Notes: generated by a model not told the origin, from the sequence alone. A DNA stretch of 64,000 nt from Squalus acanthias (GCA_030390025.1 CM059432.1:118112001-118176000), one strand, 5' to 3'; positions 48,658-62,166 are shown, numbered from the stretch's first letter. Numbers and translations are program-made.

Positions 48658-49479
48658 ACCCCCCACCACAATCTTCAATGCTTAGCAAAAATTGTTTCAA
48701 TTAAAGAAAAATGCGAATCAATTTGCCAAAATGAAAATGCGAACATTGGCAGAAGAAAGAATGGGGTCGAATTTTAACTTGCCACCCATGCGGAATCCTG
48801 GCATTGCGGTTCAGCATTCTGGCATAGAAAAAGCCCAATCTTCTTTTCCATTAAAATCAGTTTTACTCCTAGGTGACAAACTGAAAATATGCCCAGACGC
48901 CTTCAAAATTCCATCTTGTGGAACAAAGTCCGAATGCTCTCTTTTCTTTCAGTGATTCTGAAGAATATTTCATTGTTTTATATAAATTATGAGGCCTTTA
49001 AGTGATGAGAGATAAAACACTGATTTGAAGGCTCTTTTGAAGAGAATATTAGTGTACTATGCGGTAGCACTGCGGCTGATGTGCTATTCCGTCCTGAGGA
49101 AGACTGTGAAGATCTCCATTGGAGATTCCTCTCAGTGGTCCACAACTACAGAAACATTTACCTCATGGCCCTGAGATTCCACGGGGTTACCAATGGGAAA
49201 GCAGTGGAAGCCCCTGAGAAATGGTATAAACAGCCCCCTGGAACTTTAGCATGTCACAAACCAAATATTTCCATTGATAACCAGACATTTTATAAGCTCG
49301 GCTGAATTTTGTTTGTGATCATTTCTTTATCCCACAAATCTTTTTTTTCATGTATTGTTTCCTCAAGACCTTTCTTCATCTAAAAATTGAACATGAACCC
49401 GAACGCAGTACTGAAATATGAAGTATAGCTCTGAAAGATCAACCATCTGTCCCATTTAGCTCTCGTTTATTCTATCAAC

Positions 49480-49660
49480 AACAGATTATCTGGTCATTAT
49501 CACATTGCTGTTTGTGGGAGCTTGCTGTGCGCATCTTGGCTGCCGCGTTTCCCACATTACAACAGTGACTCCACTTCAAAAAGTACTTCATTGGCTGTAA
49601 AGCGCTTTGAGACGTCCGGTGGTCGTGAAAGACGCTATATAAATGCAAGTCTTTCTTTCT
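49480..49660 (+). mobile_element. 5'-truncated Deu-domain SINE (3' half and tail)
   Basis: aacagattatctggtcattatcacattgctgtttgtgggagc..cccacattacaacagtg..cgctatataaatgcaagt(cttt)n; overlaps the copy at 27910. Confidence 0.85.
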
Positions 49661-49931
49661 TTTTATTGGCCCTTCTTACATTTGCACATTAATGTAGAGT
49701 GTGGCTTAGGTTATACTATTTTAGAAATACATTTGAATTATTTGTTATAACTATGTATTTTTGAAAGCACATTTTACAAAATTGCTGTTTAAATTGCTTG
49801 TGGCCGAATGTCCTCATGAGTTCTCCTGTTTTTCCTGTGCCAATTGCTTAGCGTTAGCATTGTTCTTTTAATATTAAAGCTGTTCATCAAAATATTTAAC
49901 TTTTTGGCTTTTCGCCACCCACAGAAGCATC

Positions 49932-50633
49932 GGGGGAAAAATTTGGTTGCTTTGCGCCTCCCGTTAGTGCCCCAAGAGGGCACAAATCCCCTAGTGCCCG
50001 GGCTCGGCACCACTAACGCCTCCCGCAAAATTCAACGGAGGTTAGCGGCGGTGATAGCCGGTAGCACCCTGCGGCACTGCGTCTCAGGCAATGACATAAT
50101 CGCCATGCGCAGCGCCCCGCACGCACCCAGGCTGCAAACCTGGCTCACGCCCCCTGACCTACCGCCGGACGATATATCCGACAGGGTCAGGGGGGTGCTT
50201 TTGTGGCCGGGGCGGCGATAATTAAAGGGTAGGTGCCGGGCGGCCATTTTTTTTGGGCCGCCTGCCAGCACCTGCCCTCTCTCGCCTCCTTTTGTGGGGT
50301 GCCGGCCACGATTGGTCAGCCCGGCACTCCTCTTGAGTGCCGGGCTCTTTTGCCGGCACCCCGCTCCCCGGTGCTCCAGCAGGGCCCTGGTGTCTGCTGC
50401 GCTAGGCCCCTCCCCTTTAATGAAGAGAGGGAGGCCTGTAGTACTGTGGCGCTACATTCCGACGCGCGTGGCACTGCTGCACGTAGCGCCACGATATTCA
50501 ATGGGAGCGCCCCAAAAGTGATGGGGAGTGCTTCCATTAGCACCCTGCCTCCTGCTTGGGGCACTAACTTTTTCGAGGCACTAAAAGTAGCGAAGTTAGC
50601 GCCCCAAAGGGGGTGCGACCCAATTTTTCCCCC
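49932..50633. mobile_element. Harbinger-type MITE family 2
   Basis: Perfect TIRs gggggaaaaatt / aatttttccccc, ATC TSD; homologous to 35164-35892. Confidence 0.92.
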
Positions 50634-52141
50634 ATCTTCTTTAACCTATCAGGTATCCCTGCCAAATTGAACTACACTACATCCTTTCCTCTTTATCTTT
50701 CCTGAGCATTCTGTCGTTGTATGTAATATGAGTTATCATCTTCATGGATTATCCGATATTCCTACTATATACTGCCACAACACTCTCTAGTTTGGCCATC
50801 GTTTTCCTAATGATGCTAGCATTAATATCTTTACACCCAATTATAGATTTGCCTCCTCTTTTAATGCCAGTGTCTGCCTGTTGATGGAATCTCGTGCCTG
50901 GTAAATCTCTAACCTATTGGCTCCTTTCCACTCTTCAATCAATCTTGCTTGGGATCCAATTCTCTCCCAGCTCACCTCCCTAGTTTAAATGATTCTTAGT
51001 AGCTGCCTCAATATTCTCCATGTATCATTGTTCCTGCTTTGTTTAGGTGCAGTCCATCTCTCCTGTATTAGTTCTTTTTTGTTCTGAAAACAGTCCCATT
51101 TATTTATAAAAGTGGCATCATTATTTTCACATCAAAATTCCAGTTTCAGTTTTCTTGCCGTTCTCCCTTCCTTCACCAAAACGGCAGAAGTATACACGAG
51201 ATCTCCGTTATATATTCGTGTATACACTGTCGTCAGTAAAAAGAAAGAAACACATTGGTCTGTGGTATTCAGCCTCTCTCTTGAGTGTTGAGTATGAAGC
51301 CTTTGTTTTACATAGATTGGTTAAGCTAAATATGCAACAGGGAGGTTATTAAATTGATTTTCTGTACAGCAGTACTGTACCAAAGAGATCTCTTCTACTT
51401 CAATTGCTTTCTCCATTCTCTTTGCACTTCCTTATTCATTCTGGCTTTGTTTAACCATATAAATGTACACAGGCTGTACAGGAAGCATTCCTGATGAATA
51501 GAAAGCGAGAGAGTGCATACACTGTTTCAAATGATGGAGTAACTTGCAGATTGAGGAAGTATAGTAAAACCTTGAATTTCACATAAGAAGGTTGAATAGA
51601 CTGAACAGATGTAAAGAAAAAAGGTGGATTTTGGAGATCTGAATAGATAAATTTATCAAGAACAAAAGCCTTGTGTGATGCACATGAGCTACGGGGCTTG
51701 ATCATTTTTCACTCTGTTTTAAGGATTAGTTAAGGTTAGTATTTGACGTACTCTCCCCAGATTTAGATTGAGCTGTGGCCTGCCTACAGACTTCTGCCAA
51801 TCCGGAGGCAGGTTCCAGGGGCAGGCCAAAGACTTCACGCTGAGGACTTTACTTTTTTCTAAATCTCTTCCTCTGTCGAACTCCATCAGCACCTAGAAGC
51901 TCTGGCTTCTGAGGCCAACTCATCGCATCAACTGGCATTCGGCCCTGCCAGGGGTCAGGTCAATGCAGGATTGCCCCAGGGTCACGTAAATCCTGATGAG
52001 ACTGGGGCTGCATAGCACTTCGGGTCCACAGCTCCTCTTTAGTATTGGGGAGGAGGGAGGCCAGGAAACTCTGCCCTCATATATTTGTTAAGCATTAATG
52101 TTCTAGCAGATAATAACCCAAGCTACATAGAAATTCGGGGT

Positions 52142-53685
52142 GGGGGTTATTTTGGCCAAAGGGTGAAAACAGGCGCTAAATGGGTGCTGTGCTAATAAGA
52201 ACACCTGTTTGAAAGTCCGGATTTAGCACACAATTTTCGGGCTAATTGATGATTATCATGATTTGAACGTGTCTGCAGGCGCTGAAACTGACAACTGCAG
52301 GTTTGGCACTCAAGCGCTGATTAGGTGCAGTTTTCCTGGAGCTGTGTATGTGGGCTCCATGCACCCACTTCCACTGAAGGTGTGCAGTGCGCTGGCTGGG
52401 AGAGAAGCCAACGTGGAAGGATGTCTCAGGGCCCAGGTTCTCCGACACGGCATTGGAGGTCCTGGTAGAGGAGGTACAGAGGAGGAGGGATGTCCTCGAC
52501 CGCAGGAGGGAAGGAGGCCACAGAGGCAGCTGATGCTCCACATGTGGGACGAGATCACCCGGGAGGTCACAGCCAGGAATCCTGGCCCCAGGACATGGCT
52601 CCAGTGCCGCAAGAAATGTAACGACTTGACACGAGTGGCCAAGGTAAGATCCCATCTCACAAAAACACTTCTCAATAACTGCACCACCACCAGCATCACA
52701 ACCTCAACACACTGCATCCACCATCTAACTGTACACTGACATTCACACGCCACACACTATTGCCTCTTTCACAGGCAGTGCTCACACCTCAGACACCTCT
52801 CTTAGCTCTTCAACCACATGAGGCATCACACATACACAATCACGCCTGTCAATACACTCATTCACAATCACCACTTTTCTCTTCCAGGAAAAAATAGCAC
52901 AGACCAGGCAGCAGCAGGAACTGACCAGGGATGGGGAAGCACGACTTCATGATATCACTCCCCTTGATGAGCCTAGCGGGCTTAGCAGGCCAATTAAGGG
53001 AAAGCCGATTACAGAGAACGTCAACGTATGATGTTTCATCTGTCAAAAATTTTTGACAGATGAATTGTCATCATTGACATTCTCTGTAGTTTTATGAGTT
53101 CTTGAATTCAAGACCTCATCAAACCTCTTTCGTTTGTAGAAATTAGATGGTTGCTGCACTGGAGAATGCAACGGCCATCTGTCATCTCTACCGCGGAGGT
53201 GCGAGACTCTCCGCATACCCACTGATTGAAGCCTGCAGGAAGAAACAAAGGTAAGTACACTTTTTCTAACACTTTGCACTTACCTCAGATATTCAGCTCT
53301 CCACTCTTGTACCCATCACTCACCTCCATAGCACACTTTTGGACCCCGCAGACCCACTACTCGCCTCGCTGACCCTGGCAGGTTTCGGAGCCTTCGGGAA
53401 GCCCGCACTTGTGAGGGCAAAAAGGGGATAATCCTATTTTCTGCCTGTTAACTACCTGTTAACAGGCAGTTAAGTGGCTGTAATCCCTTCTCGCCTCCAA
53501 GGAGACGGGTCCCGGCGCGGGACGGCTACCCACCTCCTGGCAAGATGGCATGGAGGCAGGAGATGGACCTACGAAATGTTAATGAGGTCCCACTGTTAAT
53601 AGCGGCAGTACATCCACGACCCGAGTTCTTCAGCCTTTTTTGGCTTCACCCGCACCCTTCCCACCTCCCGATAAATATTGGGGCC
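52142..53685. mobile_element. Composite Harbinger derivative (family-E left end, Myb exon 1, family-3 MITE part)
   Basis: TIR gggggttatttt; WDEITREVTARNPGPRTWLQCRKKCNDLTRVAK|gtaaga; ~52970-53560 is the reverse complement of ~57790-58345. Confidence 0.75.
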
Positions 53686-53919
53686 AATCGCTCTACATAT
53701 AAAACTTAAAGGCCCTGCAATACCAGTCTCCCAACACAACTCCGGTTGGCATCTGGCATAAACCCAAGGAGAGGCCGTGTTCAACTATTTACATCATTTC
53801 CCTGGAGGGTTTGCCTGTCTCTCTCCATGGAATTTTAGGTCCAGAATCCCATTTGTTCTTTTTATGGCTTTTTCCATCGGCATTTTCTTTTTCAAAGATC
53901 TGTGTATCTGTATTTGTGA

Positions 53920-55712
53920 TCAGAGACGGGACAATTTATAATGGGGAATGAGGAAATGGCTGAGAAATTAAATAAATACTTTGTTTCTGTCTTCACGGAG
54001 GAAGACACAAAAAACCTCCCAGAAATACGAGAAAACCAAGGGTGTGGCAAGAATGAGGAACTTAAAGAAATTATTATTGGTAAAAAAATAGTACTAGCAA
54101 AATTAATGGGACTAAAAGTCGATAAATCCCATGGACCGGATGACCTACGTCCTAGGGTTTTGAAAGAGGTGGCCATTGGGATAGTGGATGCATTGGATGT
54201 CATCTTCCAAATTTTGATAGATTCTGGAACGGTTCCTGCAGATTGGAGGATAGCAAATGTAACTCCGCTGTTTAAGAAAGGAGGGAGAGAGAAAACGGGG
54301 AACTACAGACCTGTTAGCCTCACATCAGTAGTTGGGAAAATGCTGGAATCCATTATAAAGGATGCAATAACTGGGCACTTAGAAACTAATAGTAAGATTG
54401 GGCAGAGTCAACATGGATTTATGAAAGGGAAATCCTGTTTGACAAACCTATTGGAGTTCTTTGAGGATGTAACTAGTGGAGTAGACAAAAGGGAACCGGT
54501 AGATGTGGTGTATTTGGATTTTCAGAAGGCCTTCGATAAGGTCCCACACAAGAGGTTGGTGAACAAAATTAGGGCACATGGAATTGGGGGTAATATACTA
54601 GAATGGATTGAGAATTGGTTAACAGACAGAAAACAAAGAGTAGGGATATACGGGTCTTTTTCAGGATGGCAGGCTGTGACTAGTGGGGTACCGCAAGGAT
54701 CAGTGCTTGGGCCCCAGCTATTCACAATCTATATCAATGATTTGGATGAGGGGACTAAATGTAACATTTCCAAATTTGCTGACGATACAAAGCTAGGTGG
54801 CAGTGTTAGTTGCGAAGAGGATGTGAAGAGGCTTCAAGGGGATCTCGACAGGCTTAGTGAGTGGGCGAGAACATGGCAGATGGAATATAATGTGGATAAA
54901 TGTGAAGTTATCTACTTTGGTAGAAAAAACAGAAAGGCAGAGTATTTCCTAAATGGTGAAAGATTGGGGAATGCAGATGCTCAAAGGGACCTGGGTGTCC
55001 TTGTACGTGAGTCACTAAGAGTGAATGTGCAGGTGCAGCAAGCCATTAGCAAGGCAAATGGTATGCTGGCCTTCATTACAAGAGGATTTGAGTACAGGAG
55101 TAAAGAAGTCTTACTCCAATTATATAGGGCCTTGGTGAGACCACACCTGGAGTACTGTGTACAATTTTGGTCTCCTTACCTAAGGAAGGATATACTTGCC
55201 ATAGAGGGAGTGCAACAAAGGTTCACGAGATTGATTCCTGGGATGGCGGGACTGTCGTATGAGAAGAGATTGAGTAAACTAGGCCTGTATTCTCTTGAAT
55301 TCAGATGAATGAGAGGGGATCTCATTGAAGCTTACAAAATTATTACAGGGCTTGATAGGGTGGAAGCTGGGAGAATGTTTCCCTTGGCTGGGGAGTCTAG
55401 AACCAGGGGCCACAGCCTCAGGATAAAGGGTAGGCCATTCAGGACTGTGATGAGAAGAAATGTCTTCACACAGAGGGTGCTGAATCTTTGGAATTCTGTA
55501 CCCCAGAGGGTTGTGGAGGCTCAGTCATTGGGTATATTCAAAACAGAAGTCGATAGATTTCTGACTAGTAAGGGCATCAAGGGATATGGCGATAGGGCCG
55601 GTGAATGGAGTTGAGGCAGAAGATCAGCCATGATCTCATTGAATGACGGAGCAGGCTCGAAGGGCCGAATGGCCTACTCCTGCTTCCTATTTCTTATGTT
55701 CTTATGTTCTTA
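53920..55712 (+). mobile_element. 5'-truncated CR1 LINE; RT frame open except one stop at 55306-55308
   Basis: 455-aa and 101-aa in-frame ORFs with all RT motifs, 3'UTR and (ttcttatg)n tail. Confidence 0.95.
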
Positions 55713-56329
55713 TCTCACTGATCCTCAATTCCTTTGTGAATTTTACCATTTAGCTTATATTTTAATTCTCTGTATTTTTTCCACTATATCTTTGTTGAAC
55801 TGCATTTGTCATATGTTTGCCTACTTCCCTAACCCATCTAATTCCTCCTGTAGTCTCCTACATTCTTTCTCACAGTTTTCCATATCCCCATATTTGGTAT
55901 CATCAGCACATTTTGCGTTTATTCTCTGAATACCCATGCCCAAATAATTTTTATAAACGGAGAATTAAAGAGGCTCCAATCCAGATCTTTGGAGTATGCC
56001 ACAATTTGTATCTTGCCAGTCAAGGAAACACTTATTTACTCCTATATCTGAACTTTCCTGGGCTCACAGAAAAAAATGGTGGGGTAAGACCTCCACCTAC
56101 TCACATTCTGGCAGTCAAGACCATTTTAGTGGGAGGGCTCCTCATGCTATATGCAGGGCAGGTTTACCACCAGATTCCTGCTCCTGACTGGCGATCCACC
56201 ACTTGGAAGGAGGGAAATGCGGTTTAGCTGCAGCAGTTTAAAAGCACATAAAATTGTGTAAGAAAGAGAGAGAGAGAGAGAGAGAAAGAGAGCAAGAGCA
56301 CAAGAAGAGGTTTCAAATGGTAGAATGAG

Positions 56330-56570
56330 GAGCAGGGAGTCTGGTGTGAATAAAGCCTGAAGATTCTCAGAAGCTTCTGTGGAGGTTATGGTGGCAGAAA
56401 TAAATGTAAGGACTCTTTGACATCCAAGCCAGAAAGCACCAGAAAAGGTTAATGCAGGCAGTATGGAGGGCAATGACTCAGGCAATCAGTGCCACCTCAA
56501 CCATGCCATGAACAACAGTACTGTGCCGGAAACATTTTAATTACCTCATAAAGTTGTCCAGGGTAAGTGA
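56330..56570 (+). pseudogene. Old Harbinger Myb/SANT exon remnant
   Basis: RFSEASVEVMVAEI.. and CRKHFNYLIKLSR|gtaagt. Confidence 0.55.
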
Positions 56571-57618
56571 AGGTGCGGTTAAGCCATGCTGATCCTAAAA
56601 TAATACTGGAAGCATGATTCATTTCCACACCATCCATGTCCACATGATGTAAATGAAGAGATGGACAAGACAGTCAATAGGCACAAGGTATCTCACCAAC
56701 TGCACCCACCACACTGCCCCCACCCCCAACTCCTGGGCAGACACACCCGAGAAGTATTGGGAGATGGGGAAGTTGGAGGAGAACTATCAGGATCAGACTG
56801 GTAATCAAGTAGATCAACTACAGTACTGGGAGTGATGACAGTCTTCAGACATTCTGATTAATTGCAAGGCCTCCTATTATTGCTCAGTCACTTCTTCTAA
56901 ATCACAAGTGAGATTGCATGTTCCTAAAAGGACTACCTTTTGTATCCCTCACAGGTGCTGGAAGGTTTAAGAAAGAAGGAACTAACGAGCTGCTCCAGAA
57001 TGCCCACTTCGACAACTAATTCACCAACTCATCATGGCATCTTTTTATTCAAGCACCAACCCAGTTTCACCTACTCAAGAAGATGTAACTAATGGGACAG
57101 AGGGTGGAACACCAAGCACCAGTGAGCAGGAGGAGCTAGGAGGTGATGAAAAGGAACTAGTTGTCTCTCTATGGGTAGGAGAAGAGAGATACAACAGTCT
57201 GTGGCTGAGGAAACCAAGTACCCAGATCTGAGGCCCAATCTTCAAAACAACTATGATTTGAAAGCATTAATGTCAGTGGGGACAGTCTCCTCTTGCGTTG
57301 GAGACAGTAGATAAGTTGAAGCAGTCCATGACCTTCATCTGTAACACATTGCAGAAGGTATGTCAGGGCATGCAGAACACCTTGGTAACTGTGGCAGTCC
57401 AGGAGATTTCTGTGCAAACATAGCATCAGGATGAGCTTAAAGGAAAATCACTGCTTTAGGAGTGGAACATAGGAAGACATAGGAACATAGGAACAGGAGT
57501 AGGCCTTTCAAACCCTTGAGCCTGTTCTGCCGTTCAATTAGATCATGGCCGATCTGTATCTTACCTCCACTTACCCACCTTGGTTCCATAACCCTTAATA
57601 CCCTTGCCGAGCAAAAAT

Positions 57619-58568
57619 CTGACAAAAGGTCATCGACCTGAAACATTGAGCGTGATTTTGCCAGCGCTGGGGTGGCGGGTATGGAGGCGGGACTGCCGGG
57701 AAAATGGCAGAATTTGGGACGGGTGCCCATCCCGCCCCCCACCCACCTCCGTGCCATCTTGCCAGGAGGCGGGTAGCTGACCCGCGCCGGGTCCTGTCTC
57801 CTTGGAGGCGGGAAAAGGATTACAGCCACTTAACTGCCTGTTAACAGTTAGTTAACAGGCAGATAAGAGGATTATCCCCATTTTGCTCACACAAGTGCAG
57901 GCTTCCCGAAGGCTCCAAGTCCCGCCAGGGTCACCGAGGCGAGTAGTGGGTCTGCGGGGGTCGGAGGAGTGCAAAGGTGCGCTGTGAAGGTAAGTGATGG
58001 GTGCAAGTGTGGAGAGGTGAGTATGTGAGAAAATAATTACTTACCTTTGTTTCTTCCTGCAGGCTTCAAGAGTTGGTATGCGGAGAGTCTCACACCTCCG
58101 CGGCAGAGATGACAGATGGCCGTTGCATTCGCCAATGCAACAACCATCTAATTTCTGCAAAAGAAAGAGATTTGATGAGGTCTTGAATTCAAGAACTCCA
58201 CAAACTACAGAGAATGTCAGTGTTTGACAGCTTCACAGAGCTGTCAAACGATGACAATTCATCTGTCAAAAATGTTTGACAGATGAAACGTCATACGTTG
58301 ACGTTCTCTGTAACCGGCTTTCCCTTAATTGGCCTGCTAAGCCTGCTGGGCGGGCTTAACAAGGTCAATCAAGGGAAAATAGCGTGGGTTGGCCAGAAGT
58401 TGATGGAGGCGGGACTGAATCCTGACAAGTGGGAGTCCCGCCTCCAAAAGCTCCCCATAAAATCCAGCCCTTTAACTCGGTTTCTCTCTGCACAGGTGAT
58501 GCCTGACCATTTACAGCATTTTCTGTTTTTATTTCAGATTTCCAGCATATGCAGTATTTTGCTTTTGT
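57619..58568 (+). mobile_element. Short Penelope pLTR/tail fragment with decayed hammerhead, split by a MITE
   Basis: CTGACAA-a-AGGTC(atc)GACCT-GAAAC-att, then after the MITE aactcggtttctctc..gcagtattttgcttttg; flanking repeat aaaaatct. Confidence 0.75.
57648..58470. mobile_element. Harbinger-type MITE family 3
   Basis: TIRs gagcgtgatttt / aaaatccagccc, flanks att/ttt; homologous to 40822-41626. Confidence 0.85.
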
Positions 58569-58755
58569 AAAAATCTATCAATCTCAGTTCTGAAATTTTC
58601 AATTGATCTAGCCTAGTCTTTTGGGGAGAGAGTTCCAGATTTCCATTATCCTTTGTGTGAAGAAGTGCTTTCTGACCTCAACCCTGAACAACTAATTTTA
58701 AGGTTATGCCCCTTTGATCTGGACTCCCCACCAGAGGAAATAGTTTCTCCCTACC

Positions 58756-60415
58756 ATAGAATCATAGGATCATAGAAGGATACAACACAGAAGGAGGTCT
58801 TTCAGCCCATCGTGCCTGTGCCGGCTCTTTGGTAGAGCTATCCAATTAGTCCCACTCCCCTGCTCTTTTCCCCATAGCCCTGTAATTTCTTTCTCTTCAA
58901 GTATTTATCCAATTCCCTTTTGAATGTTACTATTGAATCTGCTTCCACAAACCTTTCAGGCAGTGCATTCCAGATCACAACAAATCGTTGTGTAAAAAAA
59001 TATCTCCTCATGTCGCCTCTGGTTCTTTTGCCAATCACCTTAAATCTGTGTCCTCTGGTTACTGGAAACAGTTTCTCTTTATTTAACCTATCAAAATCAT
59101 TCATGATTTTGAACACCTTTATCAAATCTCCTTTAAATCTTCTCTGCTCTAAGGAGAACAACCCCAGCTTCTCCAGTATCTCCACATAACTGAAGTCCCT
59201 CATCCCTGGTACAATATTAGTAAATCTCTTCTGCACCATCTCCAAGGCCTTGACATCCTTTCTAAAGTGTGGTGCCCAGAATTGAACACAATACTCCAGC
59301 TGAGGCCTAACCAGTGTTTTATAAAGGTTTAGCATAGGTTCCTTGCTTTTGTATCTACCCCTCCATTAATAAAGCCAAGGATCCCATATGCTTTGTTAAC
59401 AGCCTTCTCAATAGTTCTGCCACCTTCAAAGATTTGTGTACATATCCCCTCAGGTCTCTCTGTTTCTGCACCCCCATTAAAATTGTATCATTTGGTTCAT
59501 ATTTCCTCTCCTCATTCATCCTACATCTCTGCGTTAAATTTCATCCGACCATTTCATCAGTCTTCTTGAAGTCTGTTGCTATCCACCTCATGATTTACTA
59601 CATTTCCGAGATTTATGTTATCTGCAAGCCTTGAAATTATGCCCTGTGTACCCAAGTCCAAGTCATTAATATATATATCAAAAGGAGCAATGGTCCTAAT
59701 ACTGACCCCTGGGGAACACCACTGTATACCTCCCTCCAGTCTGAAAAACAACTGTTCACCACTGTTTTCTGCTTTCTGTCTCTTCGCCATTTTTGTATCA
59801 ATGCGCAGCCCCTTTAATCTCATGGGCTTTAATTTTGCTACCCAGTCTATTATGTTGTACTTCATCAAACACCTTTTGAAAGTCCATATACACAACATCA
59901 ACCACACTACCCTCATCAACCCTCCCTGTTACTTTATCAAAGAACTCGATCAAGTTAGTCAGATATGATTTGCCTTTAACAAATCCATGCTGATTTTCAT
60001 TTATTAGCCAATAGTATTCCAAATGCCAATTAATTTTGTCCCGGATTATTGACTCTAAAAGTTTCCCCATCACCGGCGTTAAACTGACTGGCCTGTAGTT
60101 GCTGAGTTTATGCTTCTCCCGTGTTTTAAACAGGGGTGTAACAGGGTGTAACCTTTGCAATCCTCCAGTCCTCTGGCACCACTCCCATATCCAAGGAGGA
60201 TTGGAAGATTTTTGTCAGTGCCTCTGAAATTTCCACCCTTGCTTCCCTCAGTAACCTAGGATGCATCCCATCCAGACAGGCTGACTTTTCTACTTTGAGG
60301 ACAGCCAACCTTTTAAGTACCTCCTCTTTATCTATTTTTATCCGATCCAACATCACTACTGCCTCCTCCTTTACTGCTACATTGGCAGCATCCTCTTCTC
60401 TAGTGAAGACTGATC
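58756..60415 (-). mobile_element. Decayed CR1 LINE (RT to tail)
   Basis: Frameshifted ORFs with NYRPVSLT, YMDFQKVFD, LVRPQLEYCVQFWAPHFRKD; (catagaat)n tail. Confidence 0.92.
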
Positions 60416-60720
60416 AAATCCATTAATCATCTTAACCACCTCAATTAGATCACCCCTTAATCTTCTATACTCAAGGGAATACAAGCCTATTCTATGCAAC
60501 CTGTCCTCATAATTTGACCCTTTAAGCCCCGGTATCATTATGGTGAATCTGCGCTGCACCGCCTCCAAGGCCAATATATCCTTCCTGAGGTGCAGTTCCC
60601 GGAACTGAACACAGTTCTCCAGATGGGGTCTGACTAGAGCTCTGTACAGCTGTAGCTTAACTTCCACCACCTTGTCTTCCAGCTCCATTGAGAAAAAGGC
60701 GCACATTACAATAGCCTTTT
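60416..60720 (-). mobile_element. Separate CR1 ORF2 C-terminal fragment
   Basis: LQLYRALVRPHLENCVQF..LEYRRLRGDLIEV. Confidence 0.85.
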
Positions 60721-61599
60721 TATTATTATTTATTGTGCCTGTTCACTAGCTTTTATAGGTTCCCTCAAGGGCACCCTCACTTAGTGCTCTATGCCTTAAC
60801 TGGCACTATTCAATCTGTTCTCACATTGTCACAGATGTTGCTGTTTCTTATCAACTCAGCCCCCTCAAATCCCAGCACAAAAGGAAGCTTCTGGTCTGGG
60901 CCTGATAGGCTTCAGACGTGCAAGAGACATTACACTGGAAGCAGGTCCTGCAAGGACATCAATATCATTGAGATAGGTGCCACCTCAAACCTCGACAGTT
61001 CCATCAGTTCAGTCCCAGCCAATCACCTCACAACCTCCTGATACTGATTGGTATGCAGATTGGTGTGTTTGTGGATTATTTTTACGGAAGACTCTAGTTC
61101 TCTCTGTATTCGGGGTGATCAGACTTTGTAAATGTCCTTTCCCTGAAAGGATGTAAAATGTATTACACATTTGATTAACGGTTAACTCTCAGCAAAGCAA
61201 CGTCTCATCAAATCTCTTATGGTTTCTGGAGATGTGGTACATCTCTCTACTGGAAAGAATTGTTGATAATTTCCTGCTAAATCTCATGTGGTGCAGGCAA
61301 CAGGTTGTCCTGTGTCACCTGCCCTCTCTCCTGGGCGCCCTCATCATGATCAGGAGATTGAAGGCCTTCACTTTCTTCCTCTTTATCTTCTGCAGATGGA
61401 AGATCCAAACCCTTTGAACTGCAAAACTATGCAGCATACGGCATGCCATTATAATTCTTGCTGGGCTGTATTGTAAAGTTCTCCCCAATTTATCCAGTCA
61501 ATGGAAGCGGGATTTCACAACATTGATGGTCTGTTCAATAATGATGCGTGAACCTATTGTCAGTATCTGTCTTCAGATGATGGAATAGTGTCGTCAGCC

Positions 61600-62050
61600 A
61601 CGGTAGCTCTGGTTTCCAAGCAACCATCCTGACTCATTGTTCTGGCTGAACAATGCAGCTATTTGTGATGGTCGGAGAACCAAAGAATCAGGACAGCTTC
61701 CAGGATAGCAAGCATTCGCACACAGAATAATGTAGCTGGCATCAATCACATGGGTGGTGTCAATGACAACTTGAAATTATGGGAATCATGCTATTCAATA
61801 AAGTTCGAGTGCTCACTATCTCTGCTTTGCTAGGTTCATGGGGAAGGATATGAAGTCTGAGGCCTGCCTAATCAGGACATCCATCCTGTGTTTAATGCAG
61901 TGGGACACTGCTGATTGACTTACGTGACATGTCACAAAGGCTGCCTGGTAGCATCCGGTGGCATAAAAATTTAGAGCTGTTGTTGCCTCCACAACCACTG
62001 GCAAGGCTGTGCCCCTGGTAGACAGAGGCTGCAGGATCATCTGGAAAATC
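61600..62050 (-). pseudogene. Old Harbinger transposase remnant
   Basis: LQPLSTRGTALPVVVEATTALNFYATGCYQ..VSQSAVSHCIK, then VIDTTHV (~61750) and a YPGSC.DS remnant (~61700). Confidence 0.7.
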
Positions 62051-62166
62051 CAGGCCCATAATCTGTGATTTCTATCCTTTAGCTGTCCCTCTATCAATGT
62101 CATCACTTTACCTTTGATAGCATGAGCATTCATTCATTTCCACTACAAGTTGCCTCTATTATTATG

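Larger units (their letters stand above)
57466..58752 (-). mobile_element. CR1 3' fragment split by a pLTR fragment and a MITE
   Basis: (gaacatag)n tail and 3'UTR at 57466-57620; resumes at 58569 with aaaaatctatcaatctcag. Confidence 0.8.
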
